Assembly (NCBI GenBank): GCA_009602725.1
Contig: WELB01000002.1
Location: 194,021-258,020, forward strand
Length of the DNA: 64,000 bases
Source: Spirogloea muscicola
Lineage: Eukaryota
Direction: 5' to 3'
A program made the position numbers and the translations under genes. Positions within the stretch are counted from its first letter, which is position 1, and each line of letters opens with the position of its first letter. Positions 1-12,329 of this stretch are shown in pieces. The notes below the pieces were generated by a model. The model worked only from the letters and a program-made list of their open reading frames with translations, was not told the origin of the DNA and ran no database searches.

Positions 1-114
1 AACCTCAGAGCATGAAACGACCAAGACACAAGAAACAAGGGGAAAAACAGCTGCAAGCAAGGCGGGCATGATGGTACAGGTTGAGAAGCAGGTATGCTAC
101 CCTCACGTACGTAC

Positions 115-3100
115 CCATAGACTTTGCCGAAACCCCCTGTACCAATTATGTGATTGTCATTGAAGTTATCAGTTGCAGCCATGAGCTCCTCAAATGTGAA
201 GGGACCGTGGAGTCTATCCTTAGTGCTGGACATCTCAGAGCAGAAGCTCTCAATGCTCCGCTCCTTGTCAGTCATAGTCTTGTCCTTCCTAAGAGCTAAG
301 CAACAGAGCAGGAGAAAGCCCAACAACAGGAGGAGAAGGAGGGCAACAGCCCCAATGACAATGCCGGCAATCGCTCCCCCTGATAAGCTCGACGACTTGT
401 GCTTTGCAGGTGGTGGGGAGGGAGGAAGAGAGCGAGGTGGGGGAGCTGTCTTGCAGGCCAGATAAGGGCCGCCACATAAGGCTGCATTTCCAGAAAAGGA
501 GCTGCTGTTGTATTGACCGATAGAACCGCCAGGAATGGACCCACTGAGGTTGTTGTTGGAGACATTGAAGAAAAGAGTGAGATTCAAGTTGGCAAAGGAC
601 GCCGGGATGCTGCCATTGAGTCTATTGCTCGAAAGGTCGAGATAGGTCAGCGCCGTTAGATTGCCAATGCCATCTGGAATAGGCCCGCTGAACGAGTTGT
701 TTGCAGCCGAAAAGGCAACGAGCTTGCTCAAATCTCCAATCTCAGAGGGGAGGCTGCCCGTTAGGTGGTTGCTGGAGATGTCAAAATACTGAACATTCTG
801 CAGATTCCGGATGCTTGCAGGTACTCCTCCAGTAAAGTTGTTATGATTAAGGAAGATAGTCAATGCGCTGCTCAGGTTGCCAAGCCACTCTGGAAATGGA
901 CCAGAAAATTCGTTGCTTTCAATTATTAGCACTTGCAGATTCTCAAAGTTGGAGAAGGTTGACGGAATTGGGCCAGAAAGGTTGTTGCCAGCAAACCAGA
1001 GCTGGGTCAGCAGCACAAGTCTCCCCAACTCGGACGGCAGCTGGCCACTTAACCTGCCAAAATCAGCCGTGTGAGCTGCAAACTGTCAGTGGGCTGCAGC
1101 TTGTCCGCAAACCATGTGTCTCCAGGCAAGGGATGGGGGATGGCTACACCACAGGGATGGCTGCAATCACATTTCAGCACCTGTTGAGGCTCAGGTCCAG
1201 GTTGATCATTCCCCTGCAATCAGCAAGCTCTGGTGGCACTCCACCCTCCAAGCTGACACCAAGTGAGCATTTCAGCGGGGTCAACAAGGACCTATCAAGT
1301 CGAACTAACATGGAGTGCAGACAGAAAAGCAGGGATACTATCAATGGCCTGCCACTCCAGGTTTGACGGCAATTCACAGAAAAGAAAACATGGACATCTG
1401 CAGTCACACATTGTAAATCCTTGGGCCCGGGACCTTTCGTCTCTATTACCTGTTGTTTCTTGCAACAAAATTGAACAGATTAGGCAGCTCCCCAAGCTCT
1501 CGCGGTATTTCGCCAACCAAGCTGCAGATGCAAATGCAGAGTGCCACCTCATTGGGCATAAGTCCTTGAGAAATATCTTGGCTACGATGCAGACCAGGAA
1601 AGAGTCCTAGACGGCCTAAGTAAGAGCTTCTATGAAGCTACTTGAAGATGCTTTGATTTTGGAAGATGGAATCATGCTGACCAGTAAAATAACAGACATG
1701 GGCAGCAGGGAAGATCCTCACAAGTTGGAACTCAGGCTCAGGAACTGGAGCTTTTTGCACTTGCTTAAGTGCTTTGGAATTGGGCCAGATAGACTGTGAG
1801 CGAAGGGGCAAAGTTTGTAAGAAATAAAGCACCAACATTGTAGTGGCTGCTAGAATGCTGATGTATTCTCAAATTACTCAGGGAACCATGATCAGTCAAA
1901 TCCAAGGTCCAGTACTTCTACAAGCGAGTCAGGGGGAGAGCCCACTTGTTGACTTGCAAGAAGAGACGTGTCAAGTTGGCCAAGTCGCCATACGAGGGAG
2001 GGATGGGCCCACTGAGACTGTGAAAGAGCTTCGAGCCAGAGTGAGCAGCATTCCCACTAGATTTTATTGCCACAAGCACGGTTCTGACGGGTGTACTTAC
2101 AATACTTTGGTATAGCCCATTCGTGGCTATACCAACAGTAACAGACAATGTCTGTCTATTACTGTAGTCTTAGGAACAACATCTCTGTTGCATCGGACAC
2201 ATTCGCTACATGACTGCTAGAGGCAGATAAGTTGCACACAAGAGGAGATGACATGCCAAATAAGTGGACATTGATGTGGCATCACCAAGAATGACAACCT
2301 GACAATCAATGAAAGGTCATGTGCTTATGCCAGAAACGTAGTACCTGTTGCTCTGAAGGTCAAGCGTGCCAAGTGCCTTACATTGACTGAGCTCTGGTGG
2401 GAGGCTGCCTGATAAGCTGCAGGGTGGACCATGCAAATCAATGGCCGCTTGAGAAACAAGACTCTTATTTCGTGCCTTCATGTCCACATGCTAGTCAACT
2501 ACAGATCAAGCTTGGATCCTAGGTTCTTGACTGTAGGCTATTGATGATGTAGAGTCCAATAGAGCTGGACATACCTGTTATTAGCAGCCAAGAACGAGTA
2601 CAAGCTGGTAAGGTTGCCATATTCAGGTGGAATAGCACCAGAAACACTGTTGACCAAGTGCTGTCACAGAGATCAGCTTTCCAAGATGGCCGCCAAAGCA
2701 TATGATCCAAGCTTTAGCATATCATGCAGCATATGTGACCAGAACCAGATTATGCTGCAAAGGCAGCATGATTGCGTACTGGTTGTTGTCGAGCTCTAGA
2801 TTGGTCAAATTTCGGCAATTGCCAAGTGCTGGTGGTAAGGGGCCTGTCAGCCTGTACAAGCACGCGTCACATGTATCCTCTCAAATGACATGCATCAAGC
2901 TGACTGTATGATGCAGGGGAGCACTCTCAATGACAAACAAATGCATGATGCCACAGGCCAGCCACATCTTCACAAGAGCTTCAAGAGGCCTTCAGCACGC
3001 TGGAGTACTTGTTATTGGAGAGGAGAAGATATTTGAGAGTGCCACTCTTGCCAAGCTCGGCGGGCAGGCTTCCAGATATACTGCAAGGCACCAGCAAGGG

Positions 3101-6100
3101 GAGGTCATTATCAGGGGGGTTTCTTGAGATTGGCCGGCTGTAAGTATTGACTTACTGGTATGGCTGTGGATAAGAAGCAGTACAGAGCTCAGCATAAGCA
3201 TATTATTGGATCACTTACTGATTATCAGATATCCACAGAGATTGTAAGCGGGACAAATTTGCCAGCGAAGCAGGAAACTCTCCAGTCAGCCTGCAGTGTG
3301 GAGTAATGCTTGACCTTTAAGTTGCACAAACATGCAGCACCATTCCAGGCGCACTGGGATCCCAAATGCAATCTTCTGGGACCAACAACTCGAATGTGGC
3401 CAGCACCCGTGTGCAAATCAGATGTGACTCTTACGCACATAAACAGCAATTAGCTTTCTCCCAGACTGGGCAGCTACTGTTTCGTGACATGACATTCACA
3501 AGAGGACAAGCAAGGAGGCCTACATGGCTAACGCTTGGGCAAAGGGCGATTTAGCCTACTGATTGTCGTTAGCAATGAGAAAGCTGAGATCGGCACAGTT
3601 CCCCAGCTCCGACGGCAAGGAACCAGAAAGGCTGCATCTCAAAGTGAAGCAAGCATTTGCGTCACGTGATAAGCACCCTCTGCAAAATTCCAACTGATGA
3701 CTAGTTTGCTCAAAGATTTGACACTACAACAAGTTGGTGATGTCAAGCTTACTGTATGCTGGCGACACGCCTGCATTGATGCCTAATGCGCTATGCATAG
3801 CAACACGGTGCTAGCATTATCTTGGTCTGACTTACTTGTTGTAACCAATGGCCAAGTTAGTCAACAACTGAAGATTGCCAATGCTTGTAGGAATCACTCC
3901 CGTCAATCTGTAAATGCAAGACAATTACAGGCCATTGGCAGTTGTGCCAACAGGTCCATCGAGGACCTGCCTTGAGATATGACATTTTCTTCCTGCTAAC
4001 TTGTGCACAACTGACGCATGGTCTCATATGCTGCTCAGAGCGAGGTGAGAGCTGACCTGTTATTGGATGCATCCATGGCTGACAATGTGGTGCAATTTCC
4101 AATCGTGTCAGGAATGCTGCCTGTAAGACTGTCATTTTGCCATCAAGAGAAGGAGATCAGTATGCTGATTTCCTAGTATATAGTGTAGTTTGCCATCTGC
4201 TTGTGTATGAAAATTATGTTATGCCTCACAAGAACAGCCGTGAGGAGTGAAGCCCTTACTTGTTTTGGTTGAGCTCCAGCAACTGCAGCTTGTCATTGTT
4301 GAAAAGCTCTGGGGGAATCATGCCTGTGAGCCTGCAACAGCGACGCACAAGATGGTTAGTTGATGTGATGATCAATGTAACACCTGTGACGACATAACAT
4401 CAGAGGATGAACTTTTAAGAGAAAGTCACGGACCGAAAACATATATCATTGTGTCCTGCCTGCTCTGCCACACACTGAAAATTTGATAACAGGTGCATAA
4501 CAGAAGAAGAAGGAAAACAAATGCAGCTCCAGTAGGAGCTTCACGTGGTGATTGAACCTGTTCCAACCTACGCCCAGGTTCACGATGTTGTTTCCCCCAA
4601 GCTTTGGCGGAATCGTTCCCGTAAGCCTGCACATGGCAAATTTGGTATATGCATTCAGCAGGCCAATGCACTAGCTGCTGATTTATGACAAACAAATATC
4701 GTGCTTGTAACAATTGGAAGCAATTTCCACGACAATGTCACAGTGGCAACCTCTTCTGATTGAGCTCAAAGATACTTGCAAATACATGGCCAAACATGTT
4801 GATGGGGATGATGGCACCTATTCATGTCAAGGTCAAGAGTTACAAGTCTGGTGAAGTTCCCAAACTCAGGTGGCACCTCTCCTGTAAACCTGCCCAAAGC
4901 ACACAGGATGCTCAGAGACGGATCTGCCTCTATCCTTACTCGCGTGTCTCCAAGTTCAGTGTTTTCCTCGTTGAAGAGAAGCTAGATTGTCAAGGATCGC
5001 ATTCAGGAATGCGACAAGAGTAGAATTCGAGCTCAAAATTAGTCACTCACTCATTGGCTCCCAGGAACAGCACTTGCAAGTCTGCAAGCCTGCTCAGTGA
5101 TGCTGGCAGCGAGCCATTCAAGCTGCCAATCAACCAGCATCAGCGGTCACAAATAGGTCCAATCCTTGAGGCGATCCTTGTCTAGGACAGGCCCCCCGAG
5201 CTATAATTTGATCAGCACTTGCTTATTACAAGTAGCAGCGATCCATACCTGTTGCCTCGTAGGCTGAGAGATTGCAGCTGGGCACACTCTCCAAATCCGG
5301 GTGGCAGAGGACCTGATAAACTGCAGTAGCATGCCAAGGCCACCATCAGCAGATGGCTGGAGCGTGAGTTTCGAAGACGACAACACAGCAGCAAGGCATA
5401 GTGGTAAATGAGATGCAGCATGAGATGCATGTCGAAGACTTTTATGGGGGGCTCCTCCAATGAACTGGCTATTGTGAACAGTCTGAAGGCAGGAAGCAGT
5501 GATGACTGACCTACAATAAGCAGCAAAGAAGTTCTGCAACTCCAGCAAGTTGCCGACTGTGCTTGGAATCTGGCCAGAAAAGCTGTGACAGCAGAGAATG
5601 AAGCCTTTGACAAATTTTAAGTAACTTGCAGTCCAGTCTTTAGTTTGAGCAAATTGCATTGATAGCACAAAAGCACCAGAGAAGGACATGATTCAGCGAG
5701 CCGCATACAGAACATCAACGACGACGAACACCTCTCTTTAGATAAACACTAAAAGACATAGGAAAGGTAGAGCTCGTTGCCTCACCTGTTATTACTTAAG
5801 TACACATCTGTGAGATATATGCAGTCCCCTAATGTTGCTGGAAGCGGGCCCGATAACCTGTAGCCAAAGATGAGTCACAATGACCAGTGTTTGAGATGGA
5901 AATTACACGAAGCATGTCACCTATACATTGCACGAAGCATGTCCTCTACCTTGTCAGTCAACAAACACTCGTTGGTAGCATGGGAAGTGGAGAAACAACA
6001 ACAGTCAGCCCACACGACCTCACCTATTGACATCAAGAGACAACTGAGACAGCCTGCTATCAGGGCCACAGAGTTCAGGAGGAAACACGCCCTCCAACCT

Positions 6101-9100
6101 GAGAGACACATTATCAGCAAGTGGCTATTGCCTTCAGAGGTTGGATCCAGCTGCTTCGATACAGGCTGCGTATGCCTTTCCTCACTACATGTGACATGAC
6201 TTTGATCAAGCCTCAGCTGACAACATTTCTCATCAAGCAAACGCATTTGCTGAGGTCTGTCAGAAATGTACATGTTATTGCTGAGGCTCAGATCAACCAG
6301 GGAGGTCCTTCCCAGCTCAGCAGGTATAGCGCCTGTCAAGCTGGCAACATACAGGGACTTCCATGGATCAGGCATCAGCTGCTCTTACATGGCACAGCCA
6401 CAGTTGCATGGCCCAACCTTGCCACCTGCAGCACAAGGGGCTTCGGGGTCTTGGCGCTGCCTTGTATAGCCTACTTTGATACTGATCAGATTGTGCGAGC
6501 GAGAGATGACTGCATACTTGTTGTTCTGGGCAAAGAAGACTGTAAAATTAGCCGATTGTCCAAACTCCTTCGGAATGGGTCCTGTCAGACTGGACATTCC
6601 AGGAAGTCACACAAACAAAGACATCATCATGCAGCCTCAGAAGGAAGGAGTGCAACAAGCTGGAATGGTGGTGCTTTGGACTGGTGCTTTGTGAAATGCA
6701 GTGGGATTCTTACAAAGTGTCTCACCTGTTGTTCTGCACATAAAGGAGCTCAATCTGAGGCGTCGCAAGCTCCACAGGGATGGCCCCAGTCAACCTAGAG
6801 TCAAGTGCTATGCATCAGAGCATCTGTAACGGAGGACCCCAAACGTGCAGAGATAGCACCAGCCATGAATAGTAAACCCAATACTGTAAATGCCATCCTC
6901 TCCAGGACAGATGCTGTGAAGGTATGTCTAAGCAGTGCATTCAAAGATCTTATACAGCTCCACAACACACCTGTTAAAAGAGATCTCGAGACCAAGGAGC
7001 TGCGAGCAATTTCCAAGCGCAGACGGTATGCTTCCTGACAGCCTGGACGTCAAGAATAGAGACAAACATATGTAAGATGTGCAGCTGCTGGCAAAAGATA
7101 CATATTGCTAACATAATCTTTAAGTGCCTTCGAGAAAATGCAGACAACAGAAGAGTGCATTGGTAGTAAGTGGTAGTAAGCATGGCAGCAGCGTGCATTA
7201 TTCGAAAGTGACAGCACCCAACAGTTACAGGTCAACATGATACTGCCTCTTCATAAGCCCCACCTTATAAGCCCCAAGCTACTAATGACCAAGCAAATGT
7301 GCATTTTGTGATTACTGTACTTACTGATTGCCTGCAAGGGACAGATACTGGAGGGCCTGATTGTGGCCAAGCTGAGAAGGGATGGGTCCTCTGAGCCTGA
7401 ATGCAAGCGAAGACTGCTCTTGAGCAACCACCCAGCTGATTGCCTTCAGTGCTTCGTGTTATCAGTCATCAACGATGCCCTTAACGTGCTAAGAGGAATT
7501 GGACGAGAGAAGCAAACACAGCATCACTCAGATGATCAACTCCACGATTTACACACCCACTAAGACAATCTGATCCTGCACACGTACCTGTTGTAGTTCA
7601 AATACAGATTCCTGAGGCTCAGAGATTCTCCGAATTCGCCTGGCACTTTCCCAGCGAGGCTGCACACTTGGGGAACATTGCAATTCTAAGTCACTAGCTG
7701 GAAGCAGTGGGGGCAGAGGGCAGGCACATCACAGCATCCATATCCTCATCTCTGATTTGAGGATGGAGTACTACAAGGACCTGTTGTTTGTCAAGTACAG
7801 CTCCTCCAGGAGCGGAAGCCCAGCAAGACTGACAGGGATGGGGCCTGTCAATCTGCACAAGGACAACAGCATTATAGTCATTCCTGAAATTTCGGCACAA
7901 GCATGAAGGCAACTGAGATTGAGGAGCCCTATGACAAAAGTGATACAACATGCAAAGCTGTTTGAAGCTAATGAATGAAGGAGCTCGTTCACAGCGGTCC
8001 CGGAACAAAAGGCAGGCATCAATTTCAACATTCAGTGAAAGCTCCAAGATGATGGGTTGGCTATAGTGCAGGATGCCAAAGTCATAGTGAGGTGAAGTCT
8101 TTGAGACTGTATAGAGAATCTCAGATATGCTCTTCGTGACTGTCTTATGCTGACCCAGCTGGCAGGCATGCTATTAGAAGAGCGCTTATCCTAGCCTGAG
8201 CAAAGAGTGTGTCTTTGTGTGCATTCACCTGTTGTATCCAAGTGAGAGAACCTGCAGGTTGAGCATCTGTCGAAGCTCAGAAGGTATTGCGCCGGAGAGC
8301 CTGTAGCTCCAAGAATATTTGTACATCAAGGCGCCTGATTCCAGGACTGATCACTAATCTCACATGTTACAGTGCACAAATTTGGCGCATTTATGGATGA
8401 TGTGGCCCCAACTCACCCGTTGTATGCCAGATACACACTCGTCAGGCCTTGCGACATCCCAAACTCACGAGGGATGGAGCCACTCAGGCTGTCCCACACA
8501 ACCTGCTCAATGTTGTTAAGATACCCTCCACAAGCATGGGCAGGCAGAGGATGTTCTTCACACGGAGAAGCAGATGTTGTTTACATGGAGAAGCAAATTG
8601 CTCATAATAAGGCACTAACTGTAGTCCTTGCAGCAGCCTTGATTTGACCTTGCAGGCGGCCTTGAGATGCAAACTGAGCAAGCGACTGACCTGTTGTTGG
8701 TCAGGTACAACTGCACAAGATTGGGAAGCGAAGCCACGCTGGCAGGGATGGAGCCCGTCAGCCTGTGCCAAGAAGCCAAGCCCAGAGTTGGGCCTTCTTG
8801 CGTGCAAGCGCCGCCGCTCACCGGCGGCGCCAAGCTAGCAACTCAAACCACATCAACGTCTTGCAGACTGCAAGGTAGTCGCAGTTGACAAAGCTTCCTA
8901 GCAGCTCAATCTCTCGGCATGGCCTGGCTCAACCGCAGATTCAGAAGCCTTTCAAGCCTACTCAAGTTGGTATGCATGCAGGGCAAGCTGGCTCGGTGAT
9001 GTCACGGGCGGAGAATGCACAGCGTCTCAAGCATGCACGGGTGGTGAGAGGTGAGTACGTGTTGTTGAAAAGGTAGAGGCCCAGGAGGGAGGACAGGTTT

Positions 9101-10203
9101 CCGAGCTCCTCTGGGATCGGACCTGACAGCCTGCCGACGTGAAAGAACTTAAGAGCACCTCACGCTTAATTGCACTCGAAGAAGCAGCTTCATAACCAAG
9201 GGTGCAGCTGCGAGCGCTGCCGCCTCATCAGCTAGCCCACGAATTCAGCAATGTGGGGTTTGCCTCAAGGTGGCTTGAAATCCGGCTACGCAAAAACCTT
9301 GTGCACGCACACCCCCCAGGAGAGCCTTTTTGTCAACTAGCAAAGGGACGAAGTATCGCTCTTCTGTAACGATTGCCTGGAATGAGATTTGGGCAATGCA
9401 GACCTGTTATCACTGAGGGAGAGTATGCGAAGGTTGGAGAGCCTGCCCAGCGCTGCGGGGATGGGGCCCGAGAGCAGGTTGTCGTTCAGAAGTATGTAGC
9501 GCAGATTTCCAACGTCGCCGAGCTCCGGCGCCAGCGCGCCTTCCAGCAGCGTCCCGGAGACGTTGAGCCCAATCACCTGCCTGCAAGCAGACGCCGCGGC
9601 CAGCGGTTGAAGGCGCTGAGCTCGAGCTGGCCTCGTCAACCCAAGCTCCAGAGGAGCCCGCGACGGCGCTGCTGGTCCAGAGGCCCTCCGCCAAGCCGCC
9701 GCTGGCAGCCGCTGCCGTCGGCACTGGCGGGAGGCCGCCGAAAAGGCCCGCCTTGCAGGACCGCGACGCCGCCAACACCTGTGCTTATCGCTCGATACGT
9801 GGCAGCGGAGCTCGCGGCAGGCCGGGCTCGAGACGAGGCTCTTGCCTGGGACGGCCGGGCGCCGTGGCATTGCAGACGACGCCGAACCAGCCGCAGGGCG
9901 TGCCGTCGGCGGGGCGCCAGTCGGCGAGCGCGCCGAAGGGGTCGACGGTGATCCCAGCCTTGAAGGCCAGCAGCGCGGCCTTGTCGGAGCTGTGGACGGC
10001 GGAGGAGACGACGGCAGTCATTCAGGCGAGGCGCCGAGCGCGCCGCCAGCCACGCAGCGGCGGCGCCGGATGGTCATGCCGCCGCTGCAGGAGCCCGGCG
10101 ATCAAATGGCTGTGGCAGAAGGCCGGGAATTGCCAACGGGGCGGGGCGCTCACGCGAGGCTCCCGGCGACGGCGCCGAGGCACGCCAGCAGCGCGGCGGC
10201 GGN
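115..10203 (-). CDS. LRR receptor-like kinase paralog A (multi-exon; kinase continues beyond the window start; ATG probably lost in the N gap at 10203)
   Basis: Signal-peptide exon end (..AALLACLGAVAGSLA|GTGAGC, ~10154). LRRNT exon ~9846-9989 (SDKAALLAFKAGIT..W..CGWFGVVC). Two-LRR exon ~9404-9580. About 31 single-LRR exons with AG/GT ends (e.g. 1181-1252, 1450-1521, 1722-1793, 1946-2017, 2345-2416, 2575-2646, 2780-2851, 3009-3080 ... 9059-9130). Open exon 115-1053 encodes ~7 LRRs, GNAALCG cap, Pro-rich stalk, TM helix (GAIAGIVIGAVALLLLLLLGFLLLCCL) and GTGGFGKVY. Confidence 0.92.
10203..10203. other. Assembly gap (single N) inside a (GGC)n tract in exon 1 of gene A
   Basis: Literal N; the start codon seen at this position in paralogs B, C and E is absent. 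Confidence 0.85.
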
Positions 10204-10664
10204 CGGCGGCGGCGGCGGCGGCGGGGGGGGGGCGGCGCGCTGGGAGGTGTGGGGCCGCCCAGGCGCTGGTCAGAGGGCGCCCGTTCCCATTCCCACGGGG
10301 AGGGAAATCCGCCACCGAGGCAGGGTCGCGGCCACGTCACCGCCGCTTTCCGGAAAAGCGGCCGCGCCGCCGCGCAGTCGGACGGGGCAGCCCCCGCAGG
10401 AGGTGCTGACGTGGCGGGCGGCACCCCCGCGCCGGGCCCCGCGTGTGAACGCGACAAGCCCGGTCCCTCGTCAGCACCCCCCGGGCTGGGGCGCGGCCCG
10501 GCCTCGACAGGCGGGGCCTGAAGTTTCAGTGCCGCTCCTCGGAATTGGCCGCGGAATTGGATTCAGATAACCGGCGGTAAGAACGACGGTGCCCATCCCC
10601 GGCGCAAGAATCTAGTGGATGGCAGTACTCCTCCCAGGTGACTGTCAGCGCGCCGGGGTTCTGA

Positions 10665-11330
10665 AGAAAGGGGGCTCGCCCATTGAGGATAGGGGCTGGA
10701 CAAGCCAGCCCAAAAAAGAATGAACAAAGAACGAGAAGGGGGCCAGAGGAAGCCAGAGGAAGCGCTAAGAAACCAAAGCACACAAAGAAAGAAAGCAGCC
10801 GCAAATCAGAGAGGCGAGGGCTCTCCCGGCACGAAGGTGCAGCGCACGGGCCACTTGTGACAGCCCTTGCGTCCTCTGAACCCCCCGCGCCGTGGCAAGC
10901 TGGCAGGCCAGGCGCCACGTGACCCGCGTTGACGGGGTGCTGACGTGCGCCGCGAGGCGCGGCGCAGGCCTCGCCGCGAAGCCCGGCGGCGTTGACCGCG
11001 CGAGAAAAGGGGTGGGGGTGGGAGCCCAGTGGGGGGTCCGATGGCTGCGATTGGCCAGCCCAGAGCACGACGGAATGACCACAAGGAAGTGGCTCTCCCA
11101 AGAAGACAGCGCCTCTCCAAAAGGGGGCAAGGGCTGTGAACAAGCGCGGCCAGATTGACCGGTGGCTGGGAAAGAAAGCGCGGCCAGATGGACTGGTACT
11201 GGTGGCTGGGAAAGCTGTGCTTTGTTTTCTTAGCGCTTCCCCTGGCCTCCTTCTCGTGCTTTGTTCATTCTTTCTTGGGCTGGCTTTTCCAGCCCCTCTC
11301 CTCAATGGGCGAGCACTTCCTTCTGCAGCC
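10665..11330. mobile_element. Nest of short 3'-end fragments of CRE-like non-LTR retrotransposons, both orientations
   Basis: Minus-strand ARALHLRAGRALA/LSDLRLLS remnants at ~10790-10950. GGGCTGG..CCAGCCC..ATGGGCGAGC 3' motif at ~10675-10725 (-) and ~11275-11320 (+). Confidence 0.8.
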
Positions 11331-12329
11331 ACCACTCAAAGCTCGTCCAGCCTTCTCTTGCAAAGCACGAGCCTGAGCTCACAAGAATTGACACCCTCCT
11401 CACCGTGAGAGCCGCTGAAGGCTCGCAGTCATAGTAGGTAAGAAGAAGGCCAAACAAGGCACCAGGTGATGAGACGGGCTCTGTGGGATAGCCTGCTGTG
11501 CACACGTTGACAGACCTGCTGCCGCGGCTCGGAGGATCGTCCTGAGCATTGGCAGCCTTGCCTCGCCCACACGACCGTCATGGTGATTACCAATTCCCTG
11601 TTTCACATGCAGACATGCACTTGGCGTGCAGTATGCGCACCCCAGCGTCTTTCTGAGATCAAGTCACTTCTCTCCCCTTCAATTGGGTCTCCATTGATTT
11701 GCTTTTTTGCTACTTCCTCTTTCTACACCGCTGATCAATGTCAAGCAGTGCGTAAGGTATCTACAGATCGCTTTCACAAAGTTAACGACTATGATGGTAT
11801 GATTGGTGGTTCTTTGCCGAGTAGCCATTGCTGCAGACTGGGTAAGACACGTGTGCGATGCACTGGCCATTTTGCTACTGGGACGCCCATGGGCTTACTG
11901 CCAAGCCTAGAGGGCTGGCTCTCCTCTTGAGACATAGTTCGGTCTCACTCCCACTTACTCTCCTGCTCCGTCTCCAACTTTCTTCAGTTTCTGCCACCTC
12001 GTTTATTCTGCTCGCTATTAACAATGTCTCTCCCTCTGCCTCCCCTCGGTCCTTCCCCCACTCGCTCGACTTCTCTGTGCCTCACAGTCTCTGCTTCTCC
12101 CTATCGTGCTACACACGGTCAGCAAGGCAAACAAAGCCAGGGAGCCATGCACATGGACCCCTGGTGATTAATTGCACTAATGTTGCAACATCAAACCTCT
12201 ACTATCAGGCGTCTCATATGAGTCATCGTTGTTTGCAAGGTTCTCAGGTATAAAATTATTACGAGATAAGCAGGACTTAATGGGTGGCCATCTGTCTCTC
12301 TGAAAAGGTCAACACAGCACCTTAGGAGG

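Noticed and set aside
1181..9130. Regularly spaced similar ~72-nt units as a CRISPR-like array
   Set aside because: The units are AG/GT-bounded coding LRR exons with synonymous-type variation; there are no identical repeats or cas genes, and the context is eukaryotic.
9337..10570. Long Arg/Ala/Pro-rich ORFs in several frames (also at 35.3-37.0 kb and 49.7-50.7 kb)
   Set aside because: Stop-poor GC-rich shadow frames of exons or retroelements with no recognisable domain. The 49770-50590 segment may be a 5' element region but could not be assigned.
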